From contig CM000433.1 of assembly GCA_000165345.1 (NCBI GenBank), forward strand, positions 864,001 through 928,000: a stretch of 64,000 bases of DNA, written 5' to 3'. Every line of letters begins with the position of its first letter. Positions within the stretch are counted from its first letter, which is position 1. The position numbers were made by a program, and so were the translations under genes. This document shows positions 35,561 to 47,618 of the stretch, in pieces. The notes beneath the pieces were generated by a model. It saw only the letters and a program-made list of their open reading frames with translations. It was not told the origin of the DNA and ran no database searches.

Positions 35561-35963
35561 CTATTACCATCAGATTCAATTCAATTATTAATTTCAAAAA
35601 AAAAACTAACAAACATAAATAATTTTACAACTATTTAATTAAATTAATTCCACTATTATAATTTATTTTATACAATAATATATATTTTACTTTTTCGACA
35701 TTGTTAGAAAACTTGCATGCAATTTTGCAATATAATTCCTTTGCATAATAGATCGTTCGGCGGTAACATGCAGAAGAAAGTATAGAACTGGCGCCCAAAG
35801 CAAGAATGCACACGTAATTTAGTTAATTTATGTTTATGTCTATAAAAAAAAGCATGGAAAGTATAAAAAACTCACAATAAGGGTCAAGGAAATTTTTTTT
35901 ATACAATTTAAGTAAATATAAAAAAGATCATTATTTGAGTGTATCTTGAAAATCGAAGAAGAG

Positions 35964-36626
35964 ATGTCAGAATCATCAAATATAAGAAATGGGAATGCAA
36001 CCGTGAAAATTTCTGCATTATATGGAGAGGAGCAATTTTGTCCAATTGTGGGAGATACAAAGGAAAAGAGTATGGAAACTAATACAAGGAGAATTCCATT
36101 TGGTATGACTGAATTGACTTTGGAACACGAGGCAGCATTGAAAGGTTTATTTGATACATTGAATACATATGGAGATGGTAAAATTAGACTTAATGATTTA
36201 ATTATTGCTTTAAGAAGAGCTTTTGACAATGGTACTGTCACATTCTCAAGACATGAGGCTTCAGCAGCAGAAATTACTGGTGAGCATATTGATAGTGAGC
36301 TTGAGAAACTTAAGGAAGATTTTGACATGAATGGAGATGGAACATTGGATTTTGATGAATTTAGACGCTTGGCAAGAATGAAGATTTTGAGATTAAGTCG
36401 TGATGATGAAATTCAATTAGGTTTCAGACTCTTAGATAGAAATAATAGTGGATATATTACTACTTTAGAATTGAAGCAATTATTAACAACAAAAGGAATT
36501 TCCCCACTTACATCAGAAGAGGCTGATGAGCTTTTATTTATTGCAGATGTTGATCATGATGGATTAATAAGTTATGATGAGATTAAGAGATACTTGGAAT
36601 ATAATAGGAGACCTCTTCTCAATTAG
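35964..36626 (+). CDS. EF-hand calcium-binding protein with four EF-hands (calmodulin or centrin-like fold)
   Basis: Canonical 12-residue EF loops: DTYGDGKIRLNDL, DMNGDGTLDFDEF, DRNNSGYITTLEL and DVDHDGLISYDEI. The track ORF begins at a TTG at 35946, and the first ATG is at 35964 (MSESSNIRNG). The overlapping minus ORF 35840..36328 is rejected. Confidence 0.8.
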   Translation: MSESSNIRNGNATVKISALYGEEQFCPIVGDTKEKSMETNTRRIPFGMTELTLEHEAALKGLFDTLNTYGDGKIRLNDLIIALRRAFDNGTVTFSRHEASAAEITGEHIDSELEKLKEDFDMNGDGTLDFDEFRRLARMKILRLSRDDEIQLGFRLLDRNNSGYITTLELKQLLTTKGISPLTSEEADELLFIADVDHDGLISYDEIKRYLEYNRRPLLN

Positions 36627-36859
36627 TAGTGAAGAATTCTTCAATAAATAAAGAATTGTAAATTGAAGAGAAATAGTAAAATCTTAATTATTAGTCATAA
36701 CGATAGTAGTAATTCCTTTTTTCTTTTTAAATATATTTATTTTTATTCTATTTTATTCAAAAATACTAGGAGACAAATTTATGATTAATGTATTTAATTA
36801 AACAAAAGTGATATTTGTAGATTTATAATATGAATAATAAAAGCTCTATTTTTTTCTTT

Positions 36860-37384
36860 TCAAATATATTCATTGGGGAATACAACTAGGTTAATAAATC
36901 CTTGATTTAATGGGATTTTATTATTTTCAATTACTTCGGAATGGATAATTCTGTTTGAGGAATCAAAGTTGTTTAGTTTATCATTCTTTTGGTAATTCTT
37001 TAGTATTTGTAGTACCCCTTTTTTTATTTCTTCTCCAGTTAAAAAGTTAGCATTTTTAATGTAATTATCTATTCTTTCGTCAAGTGAGATATTATTTACA
37101 AAAGAAAGAGATTTCTGACTTTCAGAAAGATATCTTTCATGGTCTTTCTCAAATCTCCATTTGATCTGATTAATAATCAATTCAATACTATCAAAAATCA
37201 ATTCATTAAGTTTTAACGAATCAAGACTATTTAAAGAAATTTCTTCTGTAATCTCAAAATAGGAATTTTTGCAGTTGCTATTTTCATCATTAATATCTAA
37301 ATCATGAATTCCACAACTATTAACTCTAGTTGTTAGTAATAAGCCTTTAATGACCAGTATAGCAACAAAACTTTTAATTTTCAT
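36860..37384 (-). CDS. Small secreted protein (signal peptide), hypothetical
   Basis: 174 aa. The N-terminal MKIKSFVAILVIKGLLLTTRVNSC is a signal peptide. No recognisable domain. Confidence 0.45.
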   Translation of the reverse strand: MKIKSFVAILVIKGLLLTTRVNSCGIHDLDINDENSNCKNSYFEITEEISLNSLDSLKLNELIFDSIELIINQIKWRFEKDHERYLSESQKSLSFVNNISLDERIDNYIKNANFLTGEEIKKGVLQILKNYQKNDKLNNFDSSNRIIHSEVIENNKIPLNQGFINLVVFPNEYI

Positions 37385-38418
37385 AATATCTTATTGCAAA
37401 ACATTAATATTTTAATTTAATATGTTATATTTGATTGTTACTCTTTAAGTATTATTGGTAATATAATTTATCAATATTTATATATAAATAAATATATTTA
37501 TAATTTTTTTGTTTTAAATTGTATATACTTAATCTTCTTATTGAGTAAATCCTTCTCTAATACTTAAAAGTCCTCTTGATCTAACAAAAATTCAAATTTA
37601 TATTCTTTGGACTAATACATTTATTATTCTTCTTTTTAAATATTTACCCTTTGCATACAATAAATAAATAAATAAATAATTGAATTTACTCGTACTCGAG
37701 CATTAATTATAATAAATATACCAATTTTACAAGTATTCAATTTCAATATAAATTCAAGTCTCTAAACTTTAATTAATTTAAATAAAATCTTCCTTTTACT
37801 AGAATAAAAACAAAAATTCATTATTCTATTAAGAATTATTAATGTTAACATACTCTCTCTTTTTAAATTACTATCAACTCATTTTCTATATTTTTATTTT
37901 AATATTAATAATTATTATAATTTTTTCCACATGCAATTTATACACGTAATAAAATTAATACTAGTCCATATCATTTTTCGACCGGTATAGGGAAATAAAT
38001 TAAAAATAAATAAATGCAAGGGAAAAAAGGCAGTTGGCGCCTAATCCGGATGCACTTTCAAATATTAATTAATTAGAAATATAATTATTAATTAAAGTTA
38101 ATTAATTAAATATTTTTTTAAAAAAAAGAGTCATAGAAAGAGTTATTCATAAAGTGACTAAAATATGTATCAGGAAATAGTGTTACCAAATATTATTTGT
38201 CTAAAGTTGATTAAATCCATTGATTCATACTGGTATTTTTTTAAATGTGAAGAAAATCAACAAAAAAATTGATTTATTATTCAATTACTCATAAAATTAA
38301 ATTAAATTATTTTTAAGCAAATAAATATAAACAACTATTTGGTATAAATAATGCTAAAAGAATTCATTTAATTATATTATATTTTTTTTTAATAAAGAGT
38401 ACAGATTTTGGATTAATT

Positions 38419-40524
38419 TTGATGAATGCTACTTTATTTTTTTTAATATTATTTTTAGTTTATGCAAAGTCACAAAAGCCTATTAAAAACGAAATCGAAC
38501 TACGAGAAAATGAAAACATAAAGATACCCGTATTTCTTGATAATTTCAGTAATAAGTTGGGATTGGATTTGGTTATAGGAAAAAAAACTGTTCGATTGGT
38601 TATTGATACATTGAATGAAGGAATTCGACTATTTCAAGATGGTACAGAAGCTTGCAATAAAGGCAAGTTAAGTTACTCATTTAGAAGTGGAACCGGGTTT
38701 GAAGACGATAGTGAAATTAGTAGGATTGGGAAATCTCAATCGAATAATGATAGTTGTTATGATCCGCTTTCATCAGACTCAGCTTCTTGGTGTTATAATA
38801 AGGATCACTGCAGAATTAGTTATTATATGGATTCTTATACATGTGAAAAGAAAAAGGAATTTCCAGATACTAGAGAAAATGGGATTTTTAATGCTTTTTT
38901 TCATTCAAATGAAAGGGTTTATGATGGTATAAGTAAATTTGAAGTAATGCTAGAAGGAAATGAGCTTGTGATAATTCCATGGATGGTTCCAGAATTGGTT
39001 TTACAAGAATTTCCAATTAAACTTATAAAGAGTGATTTATCTACAGGAAATGGAGAAAATTGGCCATCTTTTCACAATTTTGATGGATTTATTGGTCTAG
39101 TAGGTAAGTTAATTTTTTTCTATTATTTAGAGTGGGAAACAGGTTCAAGATTATCTTATTTGAAATTGAATCACATTTTTATTGCTTTGTCTTTAATTTA
39201 TCAACTTTACTATTTATGATGATTTCCCTTAATTTTACCATCTTTCGGGTCTGAATTAAGATGTGTTGATATTATGGGATATACTGAAATAGTTAAGGAT
39301 TTATTACTTTAATGTAATTGATAATATATAATCAAGACATTTCAATTTATTATCTTCTTGAACTTAATAATCCCAAAAAAATTTCTCTAAATCGTTAATT
39401 CAATATTTGTTAACTTTGATATTATTTAATTCTTAGGTTCATCAATGTCATGCAGAGGTATATCTATTTGGAATGATATATTAATGTTATATAACGCATC
39501 AAGAGTTTATTTTGATGTAAATTTTGAAAATCCAAATTCATCTTTTCTTTATTTAAATAACTTACCAGAATATTGGGATCCTATCTCAATTTATTGGAGC
39601 GAGCCAAAACAATCTGGATTTGTTTATGATGATGCTCTAAGTCTATTTCAAATCTACAATTTTGAGATATGTGGTTCAAACATTATGGAAAATATCTCTT
39701 CAAATTGGCTTGCTGCTTTGGACTTATCATCAACTTGTTTATCTTTACCTCCCTTTTTATTCGCAAGATTAATGTCATGGTTACCTTTGGATTGTCCCGA
39801 ATATAGTATTAATAATGATAAACTCGAGCTTGATAAATCAAAGGAAAATTATTCACAAAATAATGAATTACTTCCATATTCATCTTTATGCATTGTTAAA
39901 AAGAAGCCTCTCCCTGTTATATCTTTTTGGTTAAGTCAAACTGATTCAAATGATGGTAAAGTTGAGCCTATAAAGATCTTTTTGGATGATTATATTATTC
40001 ATTTTAATAATATTGACTATCTATGTGTAATTAATTCAACACTAGGTACTTTTGGAAAAATTAATTACATACCTTACAGTGAAGGTAATAGTTATAACTA
40101 CTTTACTCCTTATTATTCATCCTCTAATACTCCTTTGATACTCCTTGGTTCTCTTTTTCTCAAATCATATGGTATTGTAATTGATAACAACTCAGGAAAA
40201 GTTGGATTTTATCCAAAATATAAATACAAGGGTTATAATTCTAACACTATTGAACACTCTGTGAATTCAAACTGTGCTCCTAAAAAAGAGTGTCTATTAG
40301 AAAATGGATTTAAATATGATTCATCTATTAATGAATGCATCCCTCCAAATTGCTCAGACTGGCTCCTTTACGAGTTTAATACTGAAACTAATACATGTGA
40401 GCTAAACTCAATATTTCCTCTCGTTCTCGCATTTATAATCGTTCTATTTACTTTCTTTGAAATACATATAATGTACCTAAAACAATATATTCTTGACAGA
40501 TCTAGTGAAATTTCTAATTCATGA
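38419..40524 (+). CDS. Pepsin-like (A1 family) aspartyl-protease homologue with degenerate catalytic motifs and a C-terminal transmembrane anchor. Two exons: join(38419..39103,39437..40524).
   Basis: ORFs 38419..39219 and 39445..40524 join through a GTAAGT donor at 39104 and acceptor tcttag ending 39436, in phase 1 (...FDGFIGLVG-SSMSCRGI...). Signal peptide MMNATLFFLILFLVYAKS. The N-lobe LGLDLVIGKKTVRLVIDTLNEGIRLFQDGTEAC aligns with pepsin [32 protein letters not shown], but D-T-G is D-T-L. The C-lobe NWLAALDLSSTCLSLPP aligns with AIVDTGTSLLTGP, but D-T-G is D-L-S. The C-terminal A1 hallmark ILLGSLFLKSYGIVIDNNSGKVGFYPK parallels [24 protein letters not shown]. A TM helix IFPLVLAFIIVLFTFFEIHIMYL lies near the C-terminus. 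Confidence 0.75.
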
Positions 40525-41146
40525 ATAACCTAATACTAGTTCAAATGTTATAAGGCTACTTACAATTTAAATTATAATTTATTTTGAAAATATACTCTCT
40601 TGTTTTCTAAATCCTATAGTCCTATCATACTTTTTGTAAATTAGAAAAATTTTCAATTCTATTCATGATCATCTTAAAATCGTGAGAAAAAAATCTAATT
40701 ATTATCCCTGCATTCTAATTATTACAAAATATACCGTTATCGGCTTCCCCACATTTTTGGTATCTGCCAAATGGATGAAGCCCGCCTAAATTAAATTAAA
40801 TAATAATATAATTAAATATAATATATATGAATCTACAAGTATAAAAACAAATAATAATATATAATAATAAAATAAAGACGGGACAGTAATTAATTAACTT
40901 AAGGAGGAAGAAAGAATTGATTAGGTATCAATATAGCAACTTAATAGATTTGGACGAAAGGGAAAAATAAAGGGGTTAATCGCAGGAGAAGACCTAAAAA
41001 TTATATTATTTTTAATTCAGGTGAATACGTAAAATCGTATTTGTGTTTATTGATACTATTTCTTCTTTTTTGAAACTGACTAGCTTAGGCATTGATATTA
41101 CTGGTGTTATTGTTTATTTATTGAAGAAGTGAAAATTTGAATTAAG

Positions 41147-41803
41147 ATGAGTGAACTTGAAAAGAAGTTTGAATTAGGAACTCCAAATCCTGCAACTCAG
41201 GAACCAAAGCCAAGTGAGGATGCAACAGCAGAGGGTGGAAACGCAAGTGGAGATGAGAGATATTATCCAGAGGAGGAATTAACAGAAGGTAACTGGAACA
41301 CTCCTCAAGTTGAATTGAAACAAGTTGAGGTAATGACAGGAGAAGAGGATGAAGAAGAGTTCTGGAAACATAGAGCAAAGTTATACCGCTTTGTAAATGG
41401 AGAATGGAAGGAGAGAGGTGTCGGTAACGCAAAATTATTACAACACAAAGAAACCAAGAAAATCAGGTTTCTTCTGAGACAAGAGAAAACTCTAAAAATT
41501 GTTGCTAATCATTATGTAATTCAAAAGGACAGTTTCTGCAAGCTTACTCCAAATAGTGGAAGTAACAAGATATGGGTTTGGACTGTTCATGATTTCTCTG
41601 AAGAGCAAAAGCTCGAACAATTTGCCCTCAAATTCGGTCAAACTGAACAAGCTGACATATTTAAGTCCAAATTTGAAGAGGCTGTTGAAATTAATAGCAA
41701 ACTCTTCAACACTGCTGAAGAGGAAGATTCTGAAAGCAAAAAACAAAAAGATGACGAAAAAAAAGAAGATACAAGTGATAGGCAAAATGAAGAGAAAAAA
41801 TAA
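41147..41803 (+). CDS. RANBP1: Ran-binding protein 1 (RanBD domain, Yrb1/RanBP1)
   Basis: RanBD core WNTPQVELKQVEVMTGEEDEEEFWKHRAKLYRFVNGEWKERGVGNAKLLQHKETKKIRFLLRQEKTLKIVANHYV...WVWTVHDFSEE. Conserved RanBP1 blocks are EE-x-F-x-x-RAKL-x-RF, EWKERG-x-G and KIR-x-L-x-RQ. The overlapping ORFs on both strands are rejected. Confidence 0.85.
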   Translation: MSELEKKFELGTPNPATQEPKPSEDATAEGGNASGDERYYPEEELTEGNWNTPQVELKQVEVMTGEEDEEEFWKHRAKLYRFVNGEWKERGVGNAKLLQHKETKKIRFLLRQEKTLKIVANHYVIQKDSFCKLTPNSGSNKIWVWTVHDFSEEQKLEQFALKFGQTEQADIFKSKFEEAVEINSKLFNTAEEEDSESKKQKDDEKKEDTSDRQNEEKK

Positions 41804-42563
41804 GATTAACTCTTTTAATTGACTACATCGTATTATCTTCTAGTTATCTTCTTTATGCAAACAAGTATAGCTTATTTTAACTGTAATTGTCTTTTACATT
41901 ATTAATTGTTGTGTGTAATTTTTTAAATCCATAAGAAATCAATCTGGCGCCAATGTTTCATTGATTCATTCCAATTGAAATGAAGTACGGGGTTAAAAAA
42001 AAAAAGCTTATTCTAATTTAAAAAACTCTTTAAATTAAAATGAAAGAAATCTTTGGATTATTAATAGTAAGTTAAAAAAATAGAGTGCATATTTTTTGGC
42101 TACTCCATTTCCCTCTCTTTATTTCTTTACTAAGTAATAAATATCATTTTTAAGAGGGGAAATTGCATGCAAAGATAATTAATTAACTCTTAATGAAAAT
42201 TCTCATTTTGATCAAATATACGAAGATAATAGCATGTAAGCTGAGTACAGTATTTGCATTAGTTAAACAAATGCCACCTGAGACGCCATGGGACACTGTT
42301 TTTTCTATTATAAGAAGCCAATTTTTTGCTGTAAGTTGAGACCATTGTAAATACTGATTAAGAAACCCAGATTAATTACATGTAAAAATTTAACACAAAT
42401 CCATTAAACTAATTGACTCAAAGTGGGGGTTCACAATTTTTCAGTTCTTAATTTTTATATTTTTTGTTCAAATGCAAATATGTAAGTTAATTGATCTTTA
42501 TTATATATCATTTTAATACTTTAATATATTCTTACTTTTTATTTATAATTATAAAGTTAAGAA

Positions 42564-43679
42564 TCAATAATCCATAAAGTCTAAATATGATTCAGTAAAA
42601 TTTTCTTTGTTAGATTTAACAATTATTTCATTAGAAATAGTAAAGTTTAATCCTGTAACAATATTTACTTCATTATCATAAAAATATTTTAATTCTTTAA
42701 CTTGACCCAAAGGAACTCCTACTGTGAAGTTCGACTCCAAAAAATCCAAAGTAACTAAAGCTGGGGAATACATTAGATATGCAGGAATATGTTTGATATT
42801 TGGGTAAACAACTATAGGAGTACTGCTAAAATGCTTTACTAGAAATTCCAATGCGGGAGGAAAAGGAACTACATCGTCTTTCATTCCCCAGAAGAAGATT
42901 ATTTTAAAAGTATTTTCGTATTTGGATAATCTTTCAAAATCCAAATGTCTGTCAAATAAGTTGCCATCTCCGCCTGATTTAATATATGTTGAGAACATTT
43001 GGTGAAAAACGTTCGTAGTGGCTTTTTTTTCTTCTTTAGTTTGTTTTCCCAATTTAACATATCCCAATTTGGAGGCGCAATAAAATCCACATCTAAACAC
43101 TCTTTTAGAATTGTGAATGTTCTTAATGGCACTAACAAGAGAAGAATTTGATAATCTGTATAATTTTGGAAAATCATATTTTGTCATTATTCCAGGTGGG
43201 CACATTGGTATTAAGTTACTAATATGATCCGGGTGTTCTAATGCATAATTGATAATGATTAATCCTCCCATTGAAACACCTAATAATGAAATCTTCTCTA
43301 CAGCTTTATTATCACTATCAACCCACCCAACATGTTTAAGCAATTCATTTAATTGATCAACAAATCTTTTTTGTGAGAAAAAACCAGGAAGTTTCCATTC
43401 AGTGTTAGCATGTCCTAATAAATCATAGGTTAAAACTTGATAACCAGTATGAGAAAATATACACCTCCAATTATCAAATTGGGTTGAAGCTGCTAACAAA
43501 CCATGTACCATTACAATTCTTTTTTTTTGTTCTTCTTTAGTTATAGTATAAAAAGTTCTTCCGGATTTCAAATCTGCAAAATCAGATTTAATTACACAGG
43601 AGGAGCCTTGATAGAAGCAAAGTGTAATAAAACAGATTAATGTGATTACGTATTTCAAGTTCATTTTTGCCAAATTCAA
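42564..43679 (-). CDS. Secreted alpha/beta-hydrolase fold esterase or lipase
   Basis: Signal peptide MNLAKMNLKYVITLICFITLCFYQGSS. The HG oxyanion motif reads VMVHGLLAAS. The nucleophile elbow G-x-S-x-G reads LLGVSMGGLII. Length is 371 aa. Confidence 0.7.
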   Translation of the reverse strand: MNLAKMNLKYVITLICFITLCFYQGSSCVIKSDFADLKSGRTFYTITKEEQKKRIVMVHGLLAASTQFDNWRCIFSHTGYQVLTYDLLGHANTEWKLPGFFSQKRFVDQLNELLKHVGWVDSDNKAVEKISLLGVSMGGLIIINYALEHPDHISNLIPMCPPGIMTKYDFPKLYRLSNSSLVSAIKNIHNSKRVFRCGFYCASKLGYVKLGKQTKEEKKATTNVFHQMFSTYIKSGGDGNLFDRHLDFERLSKYENTFKIIFFWGMKDDVVPFPPALEFLVKHFSSTPIVVYPNIKHIPAYLMYSPALVTLDFLESNFTVGVPLGQVKELKYFYDNEVNIVTGLNFTISNEIIVKSNKENFTESYLDFMDY

Positions 43680-45286
43680 GACCTTAATTGATTTTTTAAT
43701 ATATTTACTTAATTATATACTTTGAATCTAAATGCAGGACCAAATAACTAAATACAAAAACTTTAGGAAATTAAAAAAAGCTAATAAAGGAGTATTATTA
43801 GAATTTCTTTCCACTAAATTTATATGGTTGCAAAAAGTAGAAAACAAGTATCGGAGAAGCCCGCCAAAGCTATCTTTTTCTATGTAATTCGTGAAATTTA
43901 ATATTTACAAAATATTACAAGGCAAATATTTTACTTTTTTCAAATAAAGTTATTTTTTCAATATTAAGAATTAGAGTTACTTAGTCTCATTACCCAATAG
44001 AGATTAAACAATAAGGATGTTTTATTTTGTTTTTCTTTCAAAAATACTATCGGTTTTTTTTTTTCTTATGGGAAAAGAATTAATTTGTAATTAATTAAGC
44101 CTTTCTAACTCTTTGAAAATTGAAAGATAATACACGAAAATATTTGTTATTATTTAAAAGTTGAGAGATGTAATATTGCTTTTGAATATTCTAATAATAT
44201 ACTTAGTAACTAAATAAATGAGCAGATTATGTTTTTAAGTTATTATGATAGTTAATAGAAAATATTTTGTAATTTTTCTTGTTTAAAACTACTACATTAT
44301 TGTTTTTATTAATATTTCTATTTTTAGATTTATCAAGCATAGAATGACTTTTTTTTTTGTAATAATCTAGTTAAATTGAGTTAAACACAACACACAAGAT
44401 ATTCCTAACCTTTTGAAAATACTGGAATTGGATTCAAATATATTTTTTCCTAATTTTTTTCATTTTTTTTTTTTTTTTTTTTTGCAATAATATGCAAAGT
44501 TAAAATTTATATTTTTTTTTACTTATATATAGCGGTAAAAAAAAATTGTATTACGTGTTTGCATGAATGTACTTTACCGCCAAATGTCATGCTTAGAGTA
44601 ACTCATGCATCGCGACAACGCGTAAAATAAAGTACCAGGATAAATAAAGTAATAGGAAAAGGTAATAAAAAGCAGCATAATTAAATGGAATAAAAGGTAG
44701 AATTGAGATCAAAAAAAAGCATTAGGAAAAGACAAGAAAAATTAGTATTGGAAAAAAAAAAAATTACTTTTTGTTTTAATAAATCCGATTTTAAGCATTA
44801 ATTAAGTAATAATTAAGAAGAGAGTATAAAAGATTAGGTGATCTTTGGAGGAATTACGACAAATTAAGTTGAGAAAACATTTTTGAAACTCTGATAAAAC
44901 GATCACATGAATATTGTAAATAATTAAATTGAACTATAAATATAAATAGTGAAAAAAAAGGTGCCTTGCTTCATATTACAATAAAGAATACTGATTAAGA
45001 CAAAAATTAATCACTAAATTCAATAGAAGAGAGATATTTAGTATATTTGAAGTAAAAACTTAAAATAAAGATTAATATAAATATATATATTATATATATA
45101 AATTTATATTTTTATATGTGCAGAACAGCATAAATAATAAGGTATATATAAATATATACTTAAATATTTTCATATTTATTTATATATTATATAGAGAGAT
45201 GCAAAATTCATTAGAAATTTCTACAGAGGAAGTTGGTATAATGAGAAATAATGGCTTTGTTACAGAAGAGGAACAGAATCACTTAA

Positions 45287-47303
45287 ATGAAAGTTTTGGG
45301 TTCGAGGAATGAAGAAAATATAGAGTTAACTGAGAATCAAAGAGTTATAAGAAATTCTCAAAATGAAGAAAACTCAAGTAATCTAGTTAATAGACAACAA
45401 AATAACTTGGAAGGTACAAGATTAATAAAATTATTGAGAAAATATGCAGAAAAAGTGCGTGAGTGTTTAATACAACTTGAATATAATTCAAGAGCACAAC
45501 TTCCATTAATCAAGTTTGTTCTGAGAATCTTCATTATCTTATCTTTAACAATTCTACCTCTAATTAACGAAATCCACTCAGTTACTCCTCTTTTGTCAGT
45601 TTTTCTAAGAGAAAGTGATTGGTTTCTAATTCCAATGTCAATGAATAAACATGCAATTAACAATGACTTGTTATTAAGAATAAATCAGCATGAATATAAT
45701 ATGTTATTACAAAAGAAAAACTATCAACAAAGAATTAACCATAGTATTTTTCCAGGATTATTGAATCCCTATGATGATAACGGACTTTTTTCACAGAATT
45801 TAAAACCAAAAAAGTCAAAAAATAACTCAAATGTGTGCATTAATAGGGATGCCCGCCTTTTGATTTCAAAAGAGACTAGTTTAAATTATGAGCATTTGTC
45901 ACTATTAGTACCGACTATTTGGTGTCCAATATCTAATTTGAATAATGAATTTAATCAAGTGATTTATAATACAAGAAGAGAAGGGCAGAGCAGAAAGGTC
46001 AAGATATTATATATGAACAAGGATCAAAATACACGAAATAATATTCTGGGATTAACTTCTTTGAAGATGCATAAAAATACATATAGATATAGACCAACCA
46101 AAATTTTTAAGATTATCTCTACTTCTTTTGTAATTATAAGATGGTTTATGTTAATTTCAAGAATGGTTATGCAGCTTTGGAGTTTTAATACATTTTTTCC
46201 AAACACTGGAAATAGTAATAATATTAATAGTATTGCACAATTTCAGTTTATCCAAGAATTTAAGTCATTGGTTTCTTTTAGCATCTTCTATATTTGGTCA
46301 TTATCATGTGTATACTTATTATTTGGGCTTACAACCAGTAAATGCAGTATTTTTCCAAAAATTGCAATACATGAGAAAGTACAATGGCTACTTTGGAATT
46401 TGTGTACTAATTACTACAATTTGTTTCTATGCTACTAGGTTACCATACTTTGACTATCAAGAAGACTCTAATAATTCAAACTCTTCTGGTTCTAGTAGTT
46501 CTGTAAATAATAATAATAATAATCAATTAGAAGAAGAAAATTATCGCTTAAAGAAAAGGAAAATTTTTATCCAACATATCCTCTCAGTGATTTCTTGTTG
46601 TGGATTTGGATTTTCATTAAGTGGTAGTGTCCTTTTACTATCTACAAGAATTACTAGTCCTTGGGTTAATTCTTGCTTTATTACAATTATCTCACAATCT
46701 TTAGACCTCCTATTAAGAGGTTATTTGGGGCTTATTATTGATCATCATAGCTTTGAAGAAAAAAAGATCAGATATTATAAATATGTATTTCCTTCATACC
46801 TTTTAAAAGATGAAGAGAAGATCCATTGCAATAATAATGGCCAAAGAGAGTGGGTTGTAAAGTGTAACTATAACTCCCAACCTCCTCCTTTAATCTTTAA
46901 GCATTCTTTTATTTCAATCAGTTTAACCAAAATATCATCCACATTCTTTTCACTTAATAACTTCTCTAATAATGAAGAACAAACAGATTCTCAATCAAAT
47001 AATGCTTCTCAAACAACTAATTGTATGATATGTTATGAAAATCCAAGTAATATAGTTTTTTCTCCATGTTTACATAGTGGAATATGCGATAATTGTATAG
47101 ATGAACTAATGAAGTGGACAGTATGTAAATTAAAGAAAATTCCATGCTGTCACCTTTGCCGTTCACCTATTGAAATTGCATGGCAACTTAATCCTAATGA
47201 ATCCAATTCTAATGAAAATAATTACTTTTCTGAGAAATGCACTGAAGTTATTTATCCCAAGTTACAAATTTATGATGATTCTAATGAAAAGAGCAACTTA
47301 TAA
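45287..47303 (+). CDS. Multi-pass membrane protein with a C-terminal C3HC4 RING finger, a putative membrane E3 ubiquitin ligase. It is interrupted by an apparent +1 frame discontinuity near 46230..46440. It is a paralogue of 50342..52534.
   Basis: Two overlapping ORFs, 45287..46438 (frame 2, TM-rich) and 46233..47303 (frame 0), cover a span about the size of the intact paralogue. The C-terminal RING reads CMICYENPSNIVFSPCLHSGICDNCIDELMKWTVCKLKKIPCCHLCRSPI. It parallels the paralogue CNICFLDFDSIIIFSPCGHGGVCLECLGDYISNNFKLKQHPKCHICREDI. I could not find a canonical intron that restores the frame. Confidence 0.55.
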
Positions 47304-47618
47304 AATTCAGAATCATTTATACTAATTTTATTTATAATTATACTTCTTTTTTCATATACTAATATTATTTATCAAATAAGTCAAGAATTACTATATTTTA
47401 TTAATCAAGGGACAGATATAAAAAAAATAAAAACTGAGCATAAAGCTGTTCGTCATTTTTTTTTATTAATAATAATATTAAATTATAATTTACCAATATA
47501 TACTTTTTTCCAAATTCAATTATTTTTTTTTTTTCTTTATTATTTATTGGTATTAACACTTTCTCATTTACTTAATATTATTATTTCCACATAAAAAATT
47601 TCCCAACTAGTAATTTTA

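Noticed and set aside
35840-36328. 162-aa minus-strand ORF overlapping the EF-hand gene
   Set aside because: The plus strand contains four canonical EF-hand loops. The minus-strand product is low-complexity S/L-rich.
41142-41822. Three ORFs (41142..41432 -, 41492..41785 -, 41556..41822 +) overlapping RanBP1
   Set aside because: The RanBD domain on the plus frame is unambiguous. The others are by-products of the Lys/Glu-rich C-terminus.
45118-45312. 64-aa ORF just upstream of the TM-RING gene
   Set aside because: It is in a different frame from 45287..46438 and overlaps its start. It is more likely 5-prime UTR or an upstream ORF than an exon, and no splice signal links it.
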